Below, piece after piece: positions 29,110-37,222 of a stretch of 37,222 nt of DNA. The notes under the pieces are model-generated. The model ran no database searches. It was not told the DNA's origin and saw only the letters and a list, made by a program, of their open reading frames with translations. Made by a program: the position numbers and the translations under genes. The DNA is from Candidatus Methanoperedenaceae archaeon (lineage in GTDB: Archaea; Halobacteriota; Methanosarcinia; Methanosarcinales; Methanoperedenaceae), in the NCBI GenBank assembly GCA_963753595.1, contig CAVWCX010000013.1:1-37222 (forward strand), given 5' to 3'. Numbering within the stretch: position 1 is the stretch's first letter; each line of letters opens with the position of its first letter.

Positions 29110-29409
29110 ATGTCGTTATATTCATATCTCTTAATTTCGATAATAATATTCACCATAGGTGTATATGGAATAATTACACAAAGAAGCGGAATAAAGATCC
29201 TGATGTGCATAGAACTTCTCCTGAACTCGGCAAATCTAAACCTTGTTGCGTTCTCAAGCTACAATGGCAATGCGACAGGCCAGGTATTTGCAATATTCTC
29301 AATAGCTATAGCAGCAGCAGAAGCAGCCATTGGATTTGCGATACTTGTGGCTTTGTTCAGGTTGAAGGATACTATCAATCTTGACAATATCAACATATTG
29401 AGGTGGTAA
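29110..29409 (+). CDS. fpoK: F420H2 dehydrogenase subunit K
   Basis: [13 protein letters not shown] and AAAEAAIG; probable ATG at 29110. Confidence 0.92.
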   Translation: MSLYSYLLISIIIFTIGVYGIITQRSGIKILMCIELLLNSANLNLVAFSSYNGNATGQVFAIFSIAIAAAEAAIGFAILVALFRLKDTINLDNINILRW

Positions 29410-29410
29410 T

Positions 29411-31423
29411 ATGTTCAGTGATTATGCAGCACTAATAGTATTATTACCGGTCATAGCGTTTGTTTTTACGCTTTTCCTCGGTAAGAAGCTCTATTCGGGG
29501 GGAGCATTGCTCCCGATAGCAGCTATAGCAGGTTCGTTTATCATTTCATTAGGTATATTCCTTGAAATATATCCCGAGGGAATGGTCCAGCAGTCAGTCT
29601 CCTGGTTTGCGGGAATGAATCTTGGGATCTTAATTGATCCGCTGGCTGTAGTAATGCTGATGATGGTTTCGTTCGTCAGCCTTCTCATTCACATATATGC
29701 AGTGGGGTATATGTCGCATGATCCCGCAAGACCGCGGTATTTTGCAGAAACATCATTGTTCACAGCAGCAATGTTAAGCGTAATATTATCTGATAATATC
29801 CTCCAGTTCTTCATTTCCTGGGAACTTGTGGGTTTGTGTTCATTCCTCCTGATTGGTTTCTGGTATCATAAACCATCAGCAGCGGCAGCAGCTAAGAAGG
29901 CTTTCCTTGTTACAAGGGTCGGAGATGTGCTCTTCCTTGCAGGGATAGTAGTGCTTTATTTCAATTTAATGGAAATTATCAATAATCCTGCCAATGCATT
30001 CAAAATAGAGCCCGGGAATTTCATCCTGCAATTTAAAACAATGTTTGAAGCAATTCCGTTGATCGATGGTACACAATTAACTTATATCACACTTCTTTTC
30101 TTTGGCGGAGCTATAGGTAAGAGCGGCCAATTCCCTCTTCATGGCTGGTTGCCTGATGCAATGGAAGGCCCGACAACGGTGTCTGCCCTTATTCATGCCG
30201 CAACAATGGTCACAGCGGGAGTTTACCTTGTTGCAAGAACATTCCCCATGTTTGTCGCAACGCCATCAACAATATCTGCCGGTGTGCCGGATGCGCTCCT
30301 GATTGTTACTTATGTAGGCGGTTTCACTGCCATTTTTGCAGCCACGATGGGGCTTGTAATGAATGATATAAAAAGAGTGCTTGCTTATTCAACAGTCAGC
30401 CAGCTTGGTTATATGATGCTGGCGCTTGGGACAGCCGGAACTGTCCTTGGAGCCAAAGCCGTAGGAATATCCATGTTCCATCTTTTGAGTCATGCATTCT
30501 TCAAAGCACTTCTTTTCCTGTGTGCAGGAAGTGTGATCCATGCAGTTGGCACGAACGATATTCGTGAAATGGGTGGATTGTTCAAAAAGATGAAAATAAC
30601 CGGAACTACAATGTTCATAGCTGCACTTGCACTGGCAGGTATTGGCTTTCCGTTTGCAAGTCTGGGTATGCCCATTATGAATATCGGGACTGCGGGTTTC
30701 TTCAGTAAGGATGCAATAATTGAAGGGGCATTAGAGTATGGGGAAGTGACACATGATATGATCCCATACGGCTTTGCTATTATTGCAGCTCTTTTGACAT
30801 CAATATACATATTCAGGCTGTGGTTCATGACATTTACAGGAAAGCCGCGTTCTGAAAGGCATTCCCATGAATCACCTGGAGTAATGACCGGACCATTAAT
30901 GATATTGGCAATATTTGCCCTTTTGTTTGGTTTCTCCCAGATTGGTTTCTATGGTTATCTTGAGAAAAATTTTGAATTGATGGACGTAAATATAGCTGTT
31001 CATGAAGGTGAGGCATTCCACCCATCAGCAATTTTAATACTGTTGCCTGTGATCGTGGGAGTATTGGGTCTCTTGATAGCATATCTAATTTATAACAGAA
31101 GAATGATCAATATGAGCAAGATCGTTTCATCTGGAAATCCGCTTTATAAACTCTTATATAACCGGTATTATGAACCTACGATAGGTGCGAACCTGATCGG
31201 AGTAAAATTGACACATGATGTGGTAGCCCAGTCAGGAGAGTTCGTTGACCGCAAGATCATTGATGGGCTTGTAATAGACAATATTATCAGCAATACACTG
31301 CTTAAGCTTGGTGAAATGATCCGAAAATTGCAGACAGGCGTAGTCCAGAATTATGCTTCTGTCACAATACTTGGAATAGCGTTGTTTTTAGTTTTGCTCA
31401 GGCTTAAATTCGGAGGGACATAA
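29411..31423 (+). CDS. fpoL: F420H2 dehydrogenase subunit L
   Basis: WELVGLCS, GKSGQFPLHGWLPDAMEGPT and HAFFKALLFL. Confidence 0.95.
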   Translation: MFSDYAALIVLLPVIAFVFTLFLGKKLYSGGALLPIAAIAGSFIISLGIFLEIYPEGMVQQSVSWFAGMNLGILIDPLAVVMLMMVSFVSLLIHIYAVGYMSHDPARPRYFAETSLFTAAMLSVILSDNILQFFISWELVGLCSFLLIGFWYHKPSAAAAAKKAFLVTRVGDVLFLAGIVVLYFNLMEIINNPANAFKIEPGNFILQFKTMFEAIPLIDGTQLTYITLLFFGGAIGKSGQFPLHGWLPDAMEGPTTVSALIHAATMVTAGVYLVARTFPMFVATPSTISAGVPDALLIVTYVGGFTAIFAATMGLVMNDIKRVLAYSTVSQLGYMMLALGTAGTVLGAKAVGISMFHLLSHAFFKALLFLCAGSVIHAVGTNDIREMGGLFKKMKITGTTMFIAALALAGIGFPFASLGMPIMNIGTAGFFSKDAIIEGALEYGEVTHDMIPYGFAIIAALLTSIYIFRLWFMTFTGKPRSERHSHESPGVMTGPLMILAIFALLFGFSQIGFYGYLEKNFELMDVNIAVHEGEAFHPSAILILLPVIVGVLGLLIAYLIYNRRMINMSKIVSSGNPLYKLLYNRYYEPTIGANLIGVKLTHDVVAQSGEFVDRKIIDGLVIDNIISNTLLKLGEMIRKLQTGVVQNYASVTILGIALFLVLLRLKFGGT

Positions 31424-32940
31424 TGGCAGCTTTTATTTCATTAATGATCGCTATCTCCCTGCTGGGGGCGATCTTAACATTCTTAACAAAAACCCGCCAG
31501 CAGGCACGTACGATCGCCTTGATAACATCATTGATATCATTTGCTTTATCAATGATATTATTCCTGGGATTTGATAGTAAGATATCCGCAATACAGTTCC
31601 TTGAAACATACTCCTGGATACCAAGTATGGGGGTGAACTTAAAGTTCGGGGTTGATGGGATAGGTATGCCGCTTGTGCTCTTATCTAATATAATTATCCC
31701 GCTTACTGTAATATTTGCATGGGGTGAAACACAACAGGCAAACAAGTTCTATGGTTTGATCCTGCTTGAACTGGTAGGTGTGATGGGAGTTTTCACTTCA
31801 CTTGATTTCTTTGTGTTCTATATTTTCTGGGAAATCGTTCTTATACCAATGTACTTCCTGATAAGCATCTGGGGGGGCCCTAGAAAAGACTATGCTGCCA
31901 TTAAGTTCTTTATATACACGCATGTGGCAAGTTTAGTTATGCTGCTTGCCATATTCACGCTGTACTTCAATGCACTGAATATTACCAGGATACCAAGTTT
32001 TGATATGTTTGCGCTCCTGAAATCCTATCAGGTCATGGATGGATGGCTGTTGAAAGACATAATATCTATAAAAGATGCGGTGTTTTTGGGATTACTGTTT
32101 GGTTTCCTCGTCAAAATGCCAGCTGTTCCTTTCCATACATGGTTGCCTGATGCGCACGTTGAAGCCCCGACCGCGGGCAGTGTCATACTTGCTGCCCTAC
32201 TTCTCAAAATGGGCGGTTATGGCCTGTTCAGGGTGATACTTCCAATTCTGCCATATTCTGATTCAAAAGGAATAATGATCACGATCATGGCAATAATCGG
32301 GGTGCTTAGCATTCTCTATGGAACGTTCCTGGCGCTTGCCCAGCGTGACCTCAAGAAGATGGTCGCTTATTCCAGTATAAGCCACATGGGTTATGTGACC
32401 CTTGGTGCTGCTGCACTTATTCCACTTTCCGTAAGCGGGGCGATGTACCAGCAGTTCTCACATGGTCTTATCACAGGAATACTCTTCATGTCGTGTGGTG
32501 TGATCCAGCATTCGGCAGGAACAAGGATAATTCACGACCTGGGAGGCATTGCGAAATATATGCCAAAACTGACGTTTGTCATGCTGGCAGGGTTCCTTGC
32601 TTCTCTTGGATTACCAGGAATGAGCGGATTTATTGCTGAATTCCTCATCCTTGTGAACTCATATTTCACACTTCCAACATTTGTGATACTTGCCCTCTTT
32701 GGCATTGTATTCACTGCAGGATACCATCTATGGGCAATGCAAAGGGCAGTATTTGGCACATACAATGAAAAATTGGGACATATCCACGATGGAGCAAGTT
32801 ATGAAATTGCCTCCATGGCCATTCTTGTCCTCCTTGTCATATACTTCGGACTAAATCCGAATCCAGTGCTTGATATGATGACTACCAGCTCAAACCAACT
32901 ATTGGTAATGGTTACCGGAATGAAAGGAGTGATAACATGA
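31423..32940 (+). CDS. fpoM: F420H2 dehydrogenase subunit M
   Basis: PFHTWLPDAHVEAPT, LLKMGGYG and AYSSISHMG. Confidence 0.95.
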   Translation: MAAFISLMIAISLLGAILTFLTKTRQQARTIALITSLISFALSMILFLGFDSKISAIQFLETYSWIPSMGVNLKFGVDGIGMPLVLLSNIIIPLTVIFAWGETQQANKFYGLILLELVGVMGVFTSLDFFVFYIFWEIVLIPMYFLISIWGGPRKDYAAIKFFIYTHVASLVMLLAIFTLYFNALNITRIPSFDMFALLKSYQVMDGWLLKDIISIKDAVFLGLLFGFLVKMPAVPFHTWLPDAHVEAPTAGSVILAALLLKMGGYGLFRVILPILPYSDSKGIMITIMAIIGVLSILYGTFLALAQRDLKKMVAYSSISHMGYVTLGAAALIPLSVSGAMYQQFSHGLITGILFMSCGVIQHSAGTRIIHDLGGIAKYMPKLTFVMLAGFLASLGLPGMSGFIAEFLILVNSYFTLPTFVILALFGIVFTAGYHLWAMQRAVFGTYNEKLGHIHDGASYEIASMAILVLLVIYFGLNPNPVLDMMTTSSNQLLVMVTGMKGVIT

Positions 32941-34412
32941 ATTTTACTTTACTTCTCCCTGAAATACTGTTGACCATACTGGCTTTTGTCATAATACTAA
33001 TGGGTCTGTTGGTCACCGATAAATCCAAGAATATGCTTGGATACTTAAGCGCGGCCGGGCTTCTGGCTGCACTCGTTTATGTTCTTGGCAACGGGATGAC
33101 CGGGAAAATGAGTTACTTCTATGATTCACTGGTTATTGATCCATTGTCCCAGGTTTTCAAATTAATATTCTTAATAGTTTCATTAATAGCAGTCATTGCT
33201 TCAATCGAATATTTCAAGAATAATCGTAATCAGGATGAATATTATGCCCTTATTCTCATGTCCACGGTCGGGATGATGGTAGTAGCATCGGCAAATGACC
33301 TGATAGCGTTATTTGTAGGTTTTGAACTTGCAAGCATGTCAACATACGTTCTTGCCGGTTTTGAGAAAAAGAACCCTGCTTCACTTGAAGCAGCATTGAA
33401 ATATTTCATAATAGGTTCTATATCATCTGCTTTGATGTTGTTCGGCATGTCGCTTATTTATGGAATAACAGGTTCGACCAATATTCCCGCGATAATTGGG
33501 TACTTTGAAGCGACTCACCTCAGTGCAGAAAGCTCACTTGGGATCCTGGCGATGATTTTCCTTGTTGCAGGATTTGGCTTCAAGATGGCGCTTGTTCCAT
33601 TCCATATGTGGGCTCCTGATACATACGAAGGTTCACCCAGCGTAGTATCTGCCCTGCTTGCAGCAGGTTCAAAGAAAATGGGATTTGTTGCAGCATTCAG
33701 GGTTCTTATCCTGGCATTAGTAGCCATCAAAGTGGATATCCAATATACTTTTGCAATACTTGCAATAATAACCATGACATACGGTAATGTTGTAGCAATT
33801 TCCCAGCGCAGCATCAAGAGGATGCTTGCATATTCATCAATAGCCCAGGCTGGATATATTTCACTTGCTTTCGTAGTTATGACGCCAGTGTCGATCGCAG
33901 GAGGCGTACTTCTGGCGCTGGGTCATGGTCTTATGAAAGCCGGCGCATTCATTGCAGTGGCAGTTGTCAGTTATATGGTTTTAACCGATAAAAAGGATGC
34001 AAAGAATACAGATGATATAGGGAATTTTGCAGGACTTGGAAAACGCGCACCAATAACAGCACTTTCACTGTTGGTATTTTTCCTGGCCTTAGCTGGAATA
34101 CCGCCATCGGCAGGATTCATTGGAAAATTCGTGTTATTCTCATCAATAACTGATGTAGCAGTAAGCCAGGCAAGCAGCTGGCTCTTACTCATAGTAATAA
34201 TTGCAATTTTAAACAGTGCATTATCCATCTATTACTATGCCAGGGTCATAAGATACATGTATGTGCTGCCTCCGAATGGCGAAAAAATAAAAGAACCGGT
34301 GCCATATGTAGTGGCGATATTGATCGCAGTGATAGGTACTATCGGAATAGGCCTGTATCCTGAACCTTTCTACCAGATGGCGATCAATGCGGCTCATGTT
34401 CTAGGAGTGTGA
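32937..34412 (+). CDS. fpoN: F420H2 dehydrogenase subunit N
   Basis: EAALKYF, PFHMWAPDTYEG and KRMLAYSSIAQ. Confidence 0.95.
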   Translation: MNFTLLLPEILLTILAFVIILMGLLVTDKSKNMLGYLSAAGLLAALVYVLGNGMTGKMSYFYDSLVIDPLSQVFKLIFLIVSLIAVIASIEYFKNNRNQDEYYALILMSTVGMMVVASANDLIALFVGFELASMSTYVLAGFEKKNPASLEAALKYFIIGSISSALMLFGMSLIYGITGSTNIPAIIGYFEATHLSAESSLGILAMIFLVAGFGFKMALVPFHMWAPDTYEGSPSVVSALLAAGSKKMGFVAAFRVLILALVAIKVDIQYTFAILAIITMTYGNVVAISQRSIKRMLAYSSIAQAGYISLAFVVMTPVSIAGGVLLALGHGLMKAGAFIAVAVVSYMVLTDKKDAKNTDDIGNFAGLGKRAPITALSLLVFFLALAGIPPSAGFIGKFVLFSSITDVAVSQASSWLLLIVIIAILNSALSIYYYARVIRYMYVLPPNGEKIKEPVPYVVAILIAVIGTIGIGLYPEPFYQMAINAAHVLGV

Positions 34413-34417
34413 TAATT

Positions 34418-34768
34418 ATGGCAGATTGTGAATTATGCGGTGTAGCAAGACCGACCCTTTGTCCGGTAAAAGTAAAAGACAATAGTGTAATACTCGCTTA
34501 TCCGAAAGGGACATGGCGAGGCATAAATGAGGAATGTCTTGACAGGTGCCATGAGGCGAATGTTAAACGTGTCCCTATAAAATCAAAAAAATGCGATCTA
34601 TGCGGTACAAGGAATGTACCTCTATTCCAGGTGACAGTCCCTATACCCATATTTCAGGAACCATATCACAGGGATTCAAACAAAGCGATATGCGAGAGTT
34701 GTTTTGAAGCCTGTGAAGACACGATAAAACGGCGACTTGCCGAAAAAGAAGAGTCACCTCATCATTAA
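34418..34768 (+). CDS. fpoO: F420H2 dehydrogenase subunit O
   Basis: MADCELCG...PTLCPV...YPKGTWRG with CDLC and CESC; last gene of the operon. Confidence 0.9.
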   Translation: MADCELCGVARPTLCPVKVKDNSVILAYPKGTWRGINEECLDRCHEANVKRVPIKSKKCDLCGTRNVPLFQVTVPIPIFQEPYHRDSNKAICESCFEACEDTIKRRLAEKEESPHH

Positions 34769-34786
34769 ATTAGTTTTGACGTGAAA

Positions 34787-34840
34787 ATAAACCAGATTAT
34801 GACACACGGGGTCAGGTCTGGATTTATATTTTATTTTTTA
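34787..34840 (+). terminator. Probable terminator of the fpo operon
   Basis: Imperfect stem ATAAACCAGA...TCTGGATTTAT followed by T-tracts. Confidence 0.5.
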
Positions 34841-35006
34841 ATAATTATTTTTTGATACCCCGCTTCACACCCTCATTTATATTTGTGTGAATTCAAGAGA
34901 ATTACATCTTAAGATTTGAGCATGATGTATCAAATGATGATAAATAATCGATTATTATCCCAGAGAGGGAGTTAAATTGCCTTTAGATTATACTGATTTA
35001 AGAGAA

Positions 35007-37222
35007 ATGAAAAAACGCCAGGATATTGAAGGGTTACTGAATGTCCTTGAAACCGGCGATATAAAGGAATGCCGTGAAGCGATACGCATGCTGGGGGAAT
35101 TAAGGACCAGGAAGGCAATATCTCCCCTGATAGGATTTCTTGAGACAGATGATGTACAGATACGTACAAACGCAGCATGGGCCCTTGGCGAAATAGGGCA
35201 TATGAAAGCTGTTCTTCCCCTTATCGGACTTTTGAATGACCCGATTGAAAATGTCCGGATAAATGCGGCATGGTCACTGGGGCGCATTGGTGATAAACGA
35301 GCCTTAAAAGTATTAAGGTATGCCATGAAGAACGGTTCAACAGACCTTCGAAAACATGCCAGCGAAGCAATTACAAGAATAGAATCTAATGAAAATGATA
35401 AATGGCGGATCTCCGAAGATGTTGACATTCCTGATATTGTAGATATTCCCCTTATTGAAATTGTAGTTCCATCAAATATGGAGTGCAATTATCTATCACG
35501 GGTAGAAGATGCTGACTCTCAAACAGATTATGAGAACATGGCCAGGTTCTCAAGAAATGTCCAGGTAAGAGATACAGGAGATCCATTATCAGAAGAAGAT
35601 ACACGAAAGATCGTATTGGGATTAAAAGATGATTCCAAAGGTCTTGTATCAGTCGATATTATATTCAAGTATAAAGATAACACAAACGGTGAACGAAAGT
35701 CAAGTTCTGTCTGGCTGCAAATGGCAAGTGCAGGGGCAAATGGGGATAACAAGACTGAACGGGAAATAGAAAGGATTGATTCGAAATATATAAAGAGAAG
35801 AAGTGCCGAAGGCAGCAAGAAAAAAGCGAAAATAAAACATTCAAGAAAGCCAAAGCCAGTTGAATATGCTCTGCCTGACGAGACGGATCAATTCGAGAAA
35901 TATCCTTCTGAAATTGATGAAACTGATATTGAAGAGGTCCCGGAAGAGAGGGTTATAACCAGGAAGTTTATTACCCGCCGGGAAAAAAGACAGGTTGTCC
36001 GGGAAATACCTGAAGAACAAGAATACGAGTATGAAGAAGAAACTCAAGAAATTCCTGAATTATCAAGACTTGAACCAAAAGCCAGGGAAGTCAAACCCAT
36101 AGAGGCAAAACCTGAAGTTAAGACTATTAAGGAACCTCTCGAGCATGCTGCGCCTCCAATAATGCCTGAGCAGCCAAAACCAGAGCAAAAACTCAAAGAA
36201 GCAAAACATGAGGCGATAAAGGAACCTCTCGCGAAGGCTGCACCTCCAAAAATACCGCAGCCCAAACCCGAACCAAAACCCATAGAGAAAAAACCTGAGG
36301 TTAAGGTGATAAAGGAACCTCTCGAGTATGCTGCACCTCCAAAAATACCTGAGCAGCCAAAACCAAAACCCATAGAGAAAAAACCTGAGGCGATAAAGGA
36401 ACCTCTCTTGCAGGCTTCACCTCCAAAAATACCGCAGCCAAAACCAGAGCAAAAACCCATTGAGACAAAACCTGAAGTTAAGCCTATTAAGGAACCTCTT
36501 GCGGCTGAACCTTCAACAATACCGCAGCCAAAACCAGAGCCAAAAGCAGTGGAAATCAAGGCCGAAAGTGTCATAGAGAAGGTAACGCCGGAAATAAAAC
36601 CACATGTGGATGCCGCAAAACCTGCAGCCACATCAACTATGAGTGGAAATGTGAATTCGGCAGTCCAGCTATTAAGTAATATAGGTATGTCAGGTATGAC
36701 GAATGCGGCTTCAACTGTCACCCAGTTAGGGGGAGAAGAAGCAGAGTCGAAACACACCCAGCTTCGTACTATTCCAATTGAAGAGATGAAAGATGAAATA
36801 AAAGGTCTTGGGGATAGTGTTGTGATGATCGGTGTCGAACTTCACGGCAACGGGGCTGAAGGAGAAGTGAAAGGTGAGATGCAAATGTATATCGCAAGAA
36901 AGGATGCCCTTGAGGTAGCTAACGAACTCCTTTGCAACACTCCGGATACTGCAATAAAAGAATTCAATGATGACATTACTTCTACATTGAAAGAAACTGC
37001 CAATATTTACGGAGGGCAGTATGTCAGCGCAATTTCCGAATATATCGGAGTGCCATTAACATTAAGAGCTCCCTCATTCAAGACAGGACAATCCTCTCAG
37101 GTCGCTGAGTCTGCAATGAAAGATATTACGGGGAAAGTGGAGTTTGCCCTTGCGACCAATATTGAATTCGGGAATAACAGGATTGGCCGTTTGATAATGC
37201 TGGTTGACCCCAAATCCTTTGA
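35007..37222 (+). CDS. Large multidomain protein: HEAT/PBS-lyase repeats, unknown domain, Pro/Lys/Glu repeats, CheC-like domain (3' end beyond the window)
   Basis: Hand translation from ATG 35007 is open to the window end (>=738 codons). It contains IRTNAAWALGEIG and VRINAAWSLGRIG, and the C-terminal STLKETANI motif with N-x22-P. Confidence 0.88.
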   Translation, partial: MKKRQDIEGLLNVLETGDIKECREAIRMLGELRTRKAISPLIGFLETDDVQIRTNAAWALGEIGHMKAVLPLIGLLNDPIENVRINAAWSLGRIGDKRALKVLRYAMKNGSTDLRKHASEAITRIESNENDKWRISEDVDIPDIVDIPLIEIVVPSNMECNYLSRVEDADSQTDYENMARFSRNVQVRDTGDPLSEEDTRKIVLGLKDDSKGLVSVDIIFKYKDNTNGERKSSSVWLQMASAGANGDNKTEREIERIDSKYIKRRSAEGSKKKAKIKHSRKPKPVEYALPDETDQFEKYPSEIDETDIEEVPEERVITRKFITRREKRQVVREIPEEQEYEYEEETQEIPELSRLEPKAREVKPIEAKPEVKTIKEPLEHAAPPIMPEQPKPEQKLKEAKHEAIKEPLAKAAPPKIPQPKPEPKPIEKKPEVKVIKEPLEYAAPPKIPEQPKPKPIEKKPEAIKEPLLQASPPKIPQPKPEQKPIETKPEVKPIKEPLAAEPSTIPQPKPEPKAVEIKAESVIEKVTPEIKPHVDAAKPAATSTMSGNVNSAVQLLSNIGMSGMTNAASTVTQLGGEEAESKHTQLRTIPIEEMKDEIKGLGDSVVMIGVELHGNGAEGEVKGEMQMYIARKDALEVANELLCNTPDTAIKEFNDDITSTLKETANIYGGQYVSAISEYIGVPLTLRAPSFKTGQSSQVAESAMKDITGKVEFALATNIEFGNNRIGRLIMLVDPKSF
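36093..36545 (+). repeat. Five imperfect in-frame tandem repeats (28-31 codons each)
   Basis: AAGGAACCTCT (KEPL) at 36129, 36219, 36312, 36396 and 36489; spacings 90, 93, 84 and 93 nt. Confidence 0.9.

Noticed and set aside
1161-34228. Numerous 60-280-aa ORFs overlapping recognised genes (e.g. 13044-13892, 4350-4736, 23115-23480)
   Set aside because: Antisense or out-of-frame shadows of well-supported CDSs, with no motifs of their own.
34972-36757. Minus-strand ORFs in the track, including the 237-aa Gly/Phe/Ser-rich ORF at 36044-36757
   Set aside because: They are antisense shadows of the long plus-strand HEAT-CheC ORF and its repeats.

Overview
Archaeal chromosomal segment, most likely Methanosarcinales and plausibly a Methanoperedens/ANME-2d-like organism. 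This is inferred from a complete fpoABCDHIJ1J2KLMNO operon, a methanogenesis marker-9 protein, dph2 and a CCA-less tRNA. Left to right: a Mo/W module (moeA, tupBC-like ABC genes, modE-like regulator) preceded by a ModE-box-like palindrome; a convergent pstSCAB-phoU operon; a psiE-like gene with two upstream small ORFs; a five-gene signalling module (double-domain KaiC-like ATPase, two small membrane proteins, HAMP-GAF histidine kinase, receiver protein); lysA-cbiD-cbiE; an AT-rich accessory patch (candidate sRNA, orphan membrane gene, direct repeat, ISAzo13-family IS, hypB remnant); an S4-methyltransferase gene and dph2; tRNA-Ser(CGA); the marker-9 gene; the fpo operon; and a >=738-codon ORF missing from the ORF track that runs off the window end (HEAT repeats, Pro/Lys/Glu tandem repeats, CheC-like domain). 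The best leads are the KaiC/membrane-pair/kinase module, the HEAT-CheC fusion, a 30-nt motif shared by two phosphate-related promoters, and the candidate sRNA. All family calls come from motifs recognised by eye; no searches were run.
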